Assembly (NCBI GenBank): GCA_934561515.1
Contig: CAKTGM010000018.1
Coordinates: forward strand, 1 to 32,000
Reading direction: 5' to 3'
Source: an uncultured Oscillospiraceae bacterium
Lineage (GTDB): Bacteria > Bacillota > Clostridia > Oscillospirales > Oscillospiraceae
Length of the DNA stretch: 32,000 nt
The position numbers were made by a program, and so were the translations under genes. This document shows positions 25,119 to 31,331 of the stretch, piece by piece. The notes under the pieces are model-generated. The model did not search any database. It was given only the letters and a program-made list of their open reading frames with translations, and was not told the origin of the DNA. Positions within the stretch are counted from its first letter, which is position 1. Every line of letters starts with the position of its first letter.

Positions 25119-25186
25119 GATAATATCCGCGTCGCTTCGTGCCTCACCGCTCAAAAGAGCGGTTCGACACGCGCTTTGCGCAAAGA

Positions 25187-25219
25187 GTAAATTCCAACGC
25201 GCATGTCGTTGGAATTTAC
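25187..25219. repeat. Perfect 13-bp inverted repeat in the asnA/GNAT intergenic region
   Basis: GTAAATTCCAACG, a 7 nt loop, then CGTTGGAATTTAC. Neighbouring small palindromes are CTTTGCGCAAAG (25174-25185) and CCGCTCAAAAGAGCGG (25147-25162). Confidence 0.6.
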
Positions 25220-25306
25220 GATCAAGAACTATTTTGCGCCTGCGGGCGCGGAATTGGGCCGTTATGCTGAGAGGGCTCTTCCTGATGTTGGGAAGCGCTC
25301 TCTTTC

Positions 25307-25774
25307 TTATTCTGTAGATTGTCGGCGGTAAATGTCAAGGCCGTTTGCACTGCCCTTGTAGGAAAAGCCATGCCTGCGTGCAATGTGGGCGCTCACGGTT
25401 TGTTCGGGGGTGCATTCGATCACGGCGTCCTTTCCTTCCCGCCGCGCAAGCACGGTCAGAAGAGCCGTCATTTCACCTGCATAGCCCTTACGCCATGCAG
25501 ATTGTCTGAGCACCCAGCCAAGTTCCCGGCTGTGATCGTCATAGTCGTGATAGATGGCGTAACCGAGAAACTCCCCCTCCGCATTTTCCGCAGCATAGAT
25601 GAGCGGCGGATCGGAAAGTCCCGCCTGCTGTAAAAACTGCTCCGCCTGCTCGCGCGTAAAGGGCGGCTCCAGCCAGCGCATCACCTCAGCGTCCGAAAGC
25701 AGGACATACAATTCCTCCAGATCGCCGCAGCGCATCGTCCGCAGGCGGAGGCGCGCGTTTTCCGTCAGGATCAT
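25307..25774 (-). CDS. GNAT-family N-acetyltransferase
   Basis: 155 aa with a RimJ/RimL-like N-terminus (LRLRTMRCGDLEELYVLLSD.EVMRWL) and an acetyl-CoA-binding region (WRKGYAGEM). Its ATG overlaps the cysE stop (ATGA). Confidence 0.8.
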   Translation of the reverse strand: MILTENARLRLRTMRCGDLEELYVLLSDAEVMRWLEPPFTREQAEQFLQQAGLSDPPLIYAAENAEGEFLGYAIYHDYDDHSRELGWVLRQSAWRKGYAGEMTALLTVLARREGKDAVIECTPEQTVSAHIARRHGFSYKGSANGLDIYRRQSTE

Positions 25775-26661
25775 TCCTTGTGCCGCTTGCCGCGGAAGGT
25801 CAGCTCCGGGGTCTTGACGCTCACGATCGTGTCGGACTCGACCGAGGAGGTCAGAAACGCGTTACCGCCGACGATGACATTGTCGCCGATCTCCGTCGCG
25901 CCGCCGAGCAGCGTGGAGTTTGCGTAGAGGACGACGTTGTTGCCGACCTTCGGGTGGCGGCGGATGCCGGGATTGGTCGGCATCCCCGCGGGCGAGAGCG
26001 CGCCGAGCGTCGCGCCCTGATAGAGCTTGACATTGTCGCCGATGATGCTCGTCTCGCCCACGACCACGCCAGTGCCGTGGTCGATGAAGAAATATTCGCC
26101 GATGGTCGCGCCGGGGTTGATGTCGATACCGGTCTGCGAGTGGGCGTACTCCGACATCATGCGCGGGATCATCGCGACCTTGCGCGTATATAGCTCGTGG
26201 GCGATGCGGTAGATGAAGATGGCGAACATACCGGGATAGGAGAGCAGGACCTCCTCCATGCTGTAGGCGGCGGGGTCGCCGTCAAAGTTCGCGGCAAGGT
26301 CCTTCATCAGCATCTCCTGAATGGACGGGAGGCGCGCGACAAAGTCGCTCGCGATATCGTAGGCGCGCGCGTCGTTTTCCTCGCATTCGCTCATCGTCAG
26401 CGCGATCTGAGCCGTCAGCTTTTCGTGGATGTGCTCCATCAGAAGCGCGCTGTACTGCTCGGGCGGCAGCTTCAAAAGGTCGCGGTTGCCGTAATAGACC
26501 GGGAAGAACAGCTTCTGACAGTCGCGGATGATCTCAATGACCGTCTCGCGCGAGGGCATACGCTGCGCATCACCGTAAATGGGGATCTCCGCCCCCTGAT
26601 AATTCGCCGCCATGCGCGCCGCCGCTGCGTGGATGATCTCGTTTTTCCTTGTCTTGTCCAT
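25771..26661 (-). CDS. cysE: Serine O-acetyltransferase (long form with N-terminal helical domain)
   Basis: Hexapeptide-repeat core GIDINPGATIGEYFFIDHGTGVVVGETSIIGDNVKLYQGATLG. The start was set to the ATG at 26661 after GGGAGGG. Confidence 0.8.
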   Translation of the reverse strand: MDKTRKNEIIHAAAARMAANYQGAEIPIYGDAQRMPSRETVIEIIRDCQKLFFPVYYGNRDLLKLPPEQYSALLMEHIHEKLTAQIALTMSECEENDARAYDIASDFVARLPSIQEMLMKDLAANFDGDPAAYSMEEVLLSYPGMFAIFIYRIAHELYTRKVAMIPRMMSEYAHSQTGIDINPGATIGEYFFIDHGTGVVVGETSIIGDNVKLYQGATLGALSPAGMPTNPGIRRHPKVGNNVVLYANSTLLGGATEIGDNVIVGGNAFLTSSVESDTIVSVKTPELTFRGKRHKE

Positions 26662-26700
26662 GCAAATCCCTCCCAACAGATCAATTAAAAATAATAACGC

Positions 26701-26729
26701 AGTATATCAATATTTTTCCATAAAATCAA
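26701..26729 (-). promoter_or_regulatory. Candidate cysE promoter
   Basis: On the minus strand: TTGATT (26729-26724), 17 nt spacer, TATACT (26706-26701). Confidence 0.45.
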
Positions 26730-26807
26730 GTCCCGCGTTCTGAATCCTCCGCCTTTTTGTACCGCTTCCCTCTCAGGATATGCATCTTTGCCGCTCTGTG
26801 CTCCGCC

Positions 26808-28004
26808 TCAGCGGTTCACCAGCAGCTTTTTCATGCCTCGCTCGAGGCCGTCCACGGTCAGCGGGAACATATCCACCGCCTTTTCAATGTGGAAGTAGCT
26901 CTCGCCCCAGTAGCCGCGATAGCGCGGCGGCTCCTCGGGATTGAGCCAGATGAGGTGGTCGTAGTGCGCGCGGAAGCGGTTGATCTGGTCCATGCCGGAG
27001 TAACGCACCTCGCCGCTGCGCGGGTCGTAGCGCTTTTCCATCAGCTCGTACATATCCATCAGCGCATCGCCGACCAGAATAACTTTATAATCGCTGCCGT
27101 AGTTTTGCAGGACCCAGTCGGTCGAAACGGCGTGCTCGCGCCACATACGCGGGTTCGTATAAACGCTTGAATAGATGCAGTTGTGGAAATAGTAGACGTG
27201 CAGCTCCTTGAAGTGATTGGACTGCCGCGCCGCCTGAAAGAGCATGGAGCAGAGGTGCGAGTAATATTCCATCGAGCCGCCCGAGTCCATCAGCATGAGT
27301 ACCTTGACGCTGTTGCGGCGCGGGCGCTTGTAGCGCACGGAGAGCGTACCGGCGTTGTCGCAGGTATCGCGGATGGTTCCGTCCACGTCGAACTCGGTCT
27401 TCTCCCCCATCGTCTGCGCCGAATACTGCCGCAGCAGGCGGAAGGCCATCTGGAACTGGCGGATATCGAGGACGTTGTCCTTGCGGAAGTCGCGGTATTT
27501 TCGCTCTCCCGCCACCTGAAAGGCGCGGCGGTACATACTCTGCCCGCCCACGCGGATGCCCTGCGGGCTGTGGCCGCTGTTGCCGAAGTTTGAATAGCCG
27601 CGCGTGCCGATCCAGTACGAGCCGCCGTTGTGCTCCTCGGTCTGTTCCTTGAGGCGTTCTTCGAACATTTTGAGAATCTCCTCGATGCTCTTTTCCTCGT
27701 AGCCCTGCGTTTTGAGGAAGCGGCGGAACTCCTCCAGCGCGTTTTCCGGGTGATTCAGCCATTTCAGCAGCTCCTCGGGAATGTCGCCCTCGTAGGGCAC
27801 GCCGTCGAAGTATTCAAGAAAGATCTGATCAAATTTGTCGTAATCCGCCTCGGACTTGACGAGCACCGCGCGGCAAAGCTCGTAAAAGCCCGTGAGCGAG
27901 GCGTGCTGCAAGTTCAGCATCAGCCCCTCCATGAGCGTCATCCACTCATTCAGACTGACGCGAAAGCCGTGCGCACGCAGAAGATAGAAAAATCCAGTAA
28001 ACAT
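26808..28004 (-). CDS. vWA-domain protein, CoxE-like
   Basis: 398 aa with a CoxE-type N-terminus (FFYLLRAHGFRVSLNEWMTLMEGL) and the MIDAS motif LMLMDSGGSM. It starts 4 nt after the stop of the upstream AAA+ gene. Confidence 0.8.
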   Translation of the reverse strand: MFTGFFYLLRAHGFRVSLNEWMTLMEGLMLNLQHASLTGFYELCRAVLVKSEADYDKFDQIFLEYFDGVPYEGDIPEELLKWLNHPENALEEFRRFLKTQGYEEKSIEEILKMFEERLKEQTEEHNGGSYWIGTRGYSNFGNSGHSPQGIRVGGQSMYRRAFQVAGERKYRDFRKDNVLDIRQFQMAFRLLRQYSAQTMGEKTEFDVDGTIRDTCDNAGTLSVRYKRPRRNSVKVLMLMDSGGSMEYYSHLCSMLFQAARQSNHFKELHVYYFHNCIYSSVYTNPRMWREHAVSTDWVLQNYGSDYKVILVGDALMDMYELMEKRYDPRSGEVRYSGMDQINRFRAHYDHLIWLNPEEPPRYRGYWGESYFHIEKAVDMFPLTVDGLERGMKKLLVNR

Positions 28005-28008
28005 GGCG

Positions 28009-28824
28009 TTATCTTCTCAACCGGCGCTGCACGGTGGAGATGTCCTTATCCTTTTTAAGCAGCACCCCGATAAACGGGATCTCCCTGACGATGCGCCCGG
28101 TGTCGACGCCCGCAAGCTCCAGCGCGCGGATCCAGTCGACAAGCTCCGAGGTCGAGGGCTTCTTCTCCACCGCGTCGATCGAGCGGAGGTAGTAGAAGGC
28201 CTGCATCGCCTGTGCAAGCAGCGTCTCGTCAATGTGGTCAAAGTGCACGCGGATGATCTTTTCCATCTGCTCCTGATCGGGGAAGTCGATATAATGGAAG
28301 ATGCAGCGGCGCAGGAAGGCGTCGGGCAGCTCCTTTTCCGCGTTCGAGGTGATGATGACGATGGGACGGTGCTTGGCGCGCACGGTCTCCTTCGTCTCGG
28401 GGATGTAGAACTCCATTTTGTCAAGCTCCCAGAGAAGGTCGTTCGGGAACTCGAGGTCGGCCTTGTCCACCTCGTCGATCAGCAGCACGACCTGCTCGTC
28501 GGCAGAGAACGCCTCGCCGAGCTTGCCAAGCTTGATGTATTTTGCAATATCGTCCACGCCGGACGCGCCGAACTGGCTGTCGTACAAGCGCTGCACCACG
28601 TCGTAGATGTACAGGCCGTCCTGCGCCTTGGTCGTGGACTTGACGCTCCAGATGATGAGCTTCTTTCCCATCGCCTCGGACACCGCCTGCGCGAGCATCG
28701 TCTTGCCCGTGCCGGGCTCGCCCTTGATGAGCAGGGGCTTTTTGAGCGCCACGGCGATGTTCACCGCGTTCATCAGCTCAGGGCTCGCAACATAATCCTT
28801 ACTGCCTTTGAAAGTATTCTCCAT
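28009..28824 (-). CDS. AAA+ ATPase, MoxR family (CoxD-like)
   Basis: 271 aa. Walker A is GEPGTGKT and Walker B is VVLLIDEVDKA. A GGAGC RBS is present. Confidence 0.85.
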   Translation of the reverse strand: MENTFKGSKDYVASPELMNAVNIAVALKKPLLIKGEPGTGKTMLAQAVSEAMGKKLIIWSVKSTTKAQDGLYIYDVVQRLYDSQFGASGVDDIAKYIKLGKLGEAFSADEQVVLLIDEVDKADLEFPNDLLWELDKMEFYIPETKETVRAKHRPIVIITSNAEKELPDAFLRRCIFHYIDFPDQEQMEKIIRVHFDHIDETLLAQAMQAFYYLRSIDAVEKKPSTSELVDWIRALELAGVDTGRIVREIPFIGVLLKKDKDISTVQRRLRR

Positions 28825-28941
28825 GGTTTTGCTCCTTCAAAATCAATGTGTTTCGCCCCTATTGTAACGGCGCGGCGGTGGCGTGTCAAACCTCTTGCGC
28901 AGGTTTCGGAAAATTTTTTTCTAAAAATTTGAAATTTCCTC

Positions 28942-28970
28942 TTGCAATTTCCAAACAGCTGTGTTAGTAT
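28942..28970 (+). promoter_or_regulatory. tRNA-Arg promoter with an AT-rich UP-like element
   Basis: TTGCAA, 17 nt spacer, TAGTAT, with TG upstream of the -10. It is preceded by the A/T tract AAAATTTTTTTCTAAAAATTTGAAATTT. The -10 ends about 25 nt upstream of the mature 5' end. Confidence 0.55.
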
Positions 28971-28995
28971 AACACCGTTGTCCGATATGAGACAC

Positions 28996-29072
28996 GCGCC
29001 GTTAGCTCAGCTGGATAGAGCGTCTGGCTACGGACCAGAAGGCCGGGGGTTCGAATCCCTCACGGCGTACCA
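28996..29072 (+). tRNA. tRNA-Arg, anticodon ACG, with encoded CCA
   Basis: The cloverleaf was folded by hand: acceptor GCGCCGT/ACGGCGT, D arm GCTC..GAGC, anticodon stem TCTGG/CCAGA with loop CTACGGA, T arm GGGGG-TTCGAAT-CCCTC, then discriminator A and CCA. Confidence 0.9.
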
Positions 29073-29110
29073 AAAGTCCTCGAAATCGTCTGATTTCGAG
29101 GACTTTTGCT
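29073..29110 (+). terminator. Terminator after tRNA-Arg
   Basis: 15-bp perfect stem AAAGTCCTCGAAATC / GATTTCGAGGACTTT with loop GTCT, then TGCTTTT. Confidence 0.75.
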
Positions 29111-29189
29111 TTTCATAAGTTCCGTTTTTAGGGTGTTGCTTTTTTCTGACCCAAACGCTGACCCCAACGGGAGCGGGTAGCGGAAACCG

Positions 29190-30341
29190 TCAGACGGCAC
29201 GGGAGAGGATATTGCCCATCGTCTGGGCGGCTTTGAGCTGTGCGTCGGTGGTCACATGGGCGTAGGTGTCCAGCGTAAAGCCCGCCGAGTAGTGACCCAG
29301 CATCGAGGACACCGTTTTCACATCCACGCCGTTCTGGAGTGCCATGGTTGCGAAGGTGTGGCGCAGGTCATGAAAGCGGATGCGAGGCAGTCCGGCCCGT
29401 TTCAGCACCCGCTGGAGCATGTGCAGCACGCTGTCCGGTGACATAGGGCCTCCGCTTGGCGATGGGAATACCCATTCGCTGCTACCCGTTTTTCTCCTTT
29501 GATGCATCAGAACGCTTATCGCGTCTGCCGACAGGGGCAGTGTGCGGTAGGCGTTTTTCGTTTTCAGCGGGGCTTCGACTACTTTGCCATTCTGCCGAGA
29601 GATGGCTCTCTGAATTTTCAGTGCTCCGTGCCGGAAGTCCACATCCGTCCACTTCAGCCCCAGCAGTTCCCCACGGCGTAGTCCTGTGGCGAGGTCGAGG
29701 TAGTAGAGCTCGTACACGCCGCTGTCTCTGGCCTCCTGGAAGAAGGCACCGAGTTGATCCGAGGTCAGCGTTTTCATCTCCTTGTGTTCGACTTTCGGCA
29801 GGGCGCAGCCCTGTGTCGGATTCTTCGTGACGAGGTGCTGCTCGATAGCGAGGTTGTACGCCGAGCCGATCATCTGATGGATGTTTCGCACGGTTTTCGG
29901 TGCCAAACCTTTCGGCTTTTTCTTGGCTTCAATGCGGTCAACCCGACCACCGTCCAGCAGGTGCTTGTAGAACCGCTGTAAGTCCAGAGAAGTGAGATCT
30001 GCCAGCGGGATGCCGCCGATCTGCGGCTTGATGTGATTTTTCAGAAAGCCTTGGCTGGTCTTGAACGTGGACGGTCTGAGTTTTACTTTTGCGTAGTTCT
30101 CCATCCAGACCTCCAGCCAACTCCCCACCGTGTAGGTCTTGGCCCGTCCGTAGTCGATGCCGACGTTTTCCTCGATGGCTTTCTTCAGCTTTTCCTTGAC
30201 TTCCGCTTGCGTCTTGCCAAGAACGTTCTTGATGATGGCCTTTCCGGTTTCCGGATCGTGACCGACAGTGTACCGGCCTTCCCAGCGTCCGTCCTTTCGT
30301 TTGCGGATATTGCCCTCGCCGTTTGCTCGTCTTTTTGGCAT
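29190..30341 (-). CDS. int: Tyrosine-type site-specific integrase
   Basis: 383 aa from the ATG at 30341 (MPKRRANGEGNIRKRKDGRWEGRY), an arm-binding N-terminal domain typical of Firmicutes ICE and phage integrases. The catalytic motifs are present: LATGLRRGE, HDLRHTFAT, LGH and DTYAHV. Confidence 0.9.
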   Translation of the reverse strand: MPKRRANGEGNIRKRKDGRWEGRYTVGHDPETGKAIIKNVLGKTQAEVKEKLKKAIEENVGIDYGRAKTYTVGSWLEVWMENYAKVKLRPSTFKTSQGFLKNHIKPQIGGIPLADLTSLDLQRFYKHLLDGGRVDRIEAKKKPKGLAPKTVRNIHQMIGSAYNLAIEQHLVTKNPTQGCALPKVEHKEMKTLTSDQLGAFFQEARDSGVYELYYLDLATGLRRGELLGLKWTDVDFRHGALKIQRAISRQNGKVVEAPLKTKNAYRTLPLSADAISVLMHQRRKTGSSEWVFPSPSGGPMSPDSVLHMLQRVLKRAGLPRIRFHDLRHTFATMALQNGVDVKTVSSMLGHYSAGFTLDTYAHVTTDAQLKAAQTMGNILSRAV

Positions 30342-30511
30342 GGTATCAGCCCCTTTCGACAACGAACAATACCGTAACCAAGGGAACAAAGCTACCGGAA
30401 AACCGAACTGTTATCAGAAAGTTATCATTTGCCACCCCGGGGCTGTGCCGCCTTATCTTTGACTATTGCGGCGCAATTTCTGCGCTGCCGGAGAGTGCTT
30501 CTTTGGTTACA

Positions 30512-30597
30512 GCGGTGCGATTTTCGAACGGTCAAGAAGCCCTTTCCATTGTCTACAGCGGCGCAAAATATGCACGTTTTCCTCCGAAAATCGCCGC
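30512..30597. repeat. Long-range imperfect inverted repeat inside the ORF-free region
   Basis: GCGGTGCGATTTTCG (30512-30526) pairs with CGAAAATCGCCGC (30585-30597), giving 13 bp with a one-base bulge. Confidence 0.5.
30520..30531 (+). repeat. Direct repeat copy 1, ATTTTCGAACGG
   Basis: Exact 12-mer that recurs at 30839-30850. Confidence 0.6.
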
Positions 30598-30768
30598 TAT
30601 GCAGAAATCACTTTTTCGGGTGGTTGAAAAGAGCAATTTCCTCAACCGCCTGCGGAACGTCCACCTTGAAAAGTCCGCTGTTACGGGCCTTTTTCACCCC
30701 TCACGTTCACTCAAGACTGCGAAAACGTCTCTCAAGGTGCACCTTAGACTGCGGTTTCAAAACCCCGG

Positions 30769-30843
30769 AAAGCCCCGCACTGCGGGGCTTTGTGGGCGGG
30801 CCGCGGGCGCTTGCGACTGCGGCCCTTTATCTTGTTATATTTT
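30769..30843 (+). terminator. Two tandem GC-rich hairpins. The second has a plus-strand T-rich tail
   Basis: AAAGCCCCGC-ACT-GCGGGGCTTT (30769-30791), then GGGCCGC-14 nt-GCGGCCC (30798-30825) followed by TTTATCTTGTTATATTTT. Confidence 0.4.
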
Positions 30844-30850
30844 CGAACGG
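30839..30850 (+). repeat. Direct repeat copy 2, ATTTTCGAACGG
   Basis: Exact copy of 30520-30531. Confidence 0.6.
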
Positions 30851-31143
30851 CCTTCGCCACTCGAAAAACTCTCCTGTAAAGTTCGGCTTTTCGCCCAAAA
30901 CTGTTTCCACAAATGCCGCCCAAAAGTTACCGTCACAACGCCGTCCCCAACCACTTCTCATCCCGATTTTCAACTTCTCGCACAAATGGCCCACGTTCAC
31001 CTTCGCGGGTAAAAATAGGTACACACACTCGCCTTCGCTCAAAAAATCGCACACAGCGGCTTACACGTCGAAACAGGGGGCCTTCCCTTCTGCGAACACA
31101 GCGCAGCTCTGCGCCGCCAGCGAAATCGCCACCGAAAGAACAA

Positions 31144-31190
31144 CCGGAGAAAACGGATGCACGCCAATGGCGTGTGTCCGTTTTCTCCGG
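31144..31190 (-). terminator. Long compound hairpin, probable terminator of the HMGL-like gene
   Basis: CCGGAGAAAACGGA-TG-CACGCC-AAT-GGCGTG-TG-TCCGTTTTCTCCGG, with 14 bp outer and 6 bp inner helices. On the minus strand it is followed by TTGTTCTTTC. It lies about 140 nt downstream of the stop at 31332. Confidence 0.5.
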
Positions 31191-31331
31191 CGTCGCGGCC
31201 CCACTGGGCTGCGCTGTCCTAATTGTCAGTCAGTTCACACTGTATATCTCGGCTTACAGATTGTGCGCAACTCTTTACCTATCTGTCGGATATTGGCGAG
31301 GTTCACATGATAACCGAAAAGCGACGTTATA

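Noticed and set aside
26662-26807. Possible T-box or riboswitch leader upstream of cysE
   Set aside because: Only about 40 nt lie between the candidate -10 and the RBS. That is far too short for a T-box, and no specifier or antiterminator features were seen.
28003-28932. 309-aa plus-strand ORF opposite the CoxD-like ATPase
   Set aside because: Shadow ORF. The minus strand carries Walker A and B motifs and an RBS.
29107-29189. Possible att core or direct repeat of the tRNA 3' end within the window
   Set aside because: I could not find a second copy of the tRNA 3' segment (GGTTCGAATCCCTCACGGCG) anywhere between 29107 and 32000. The far att site must lie outside the window.
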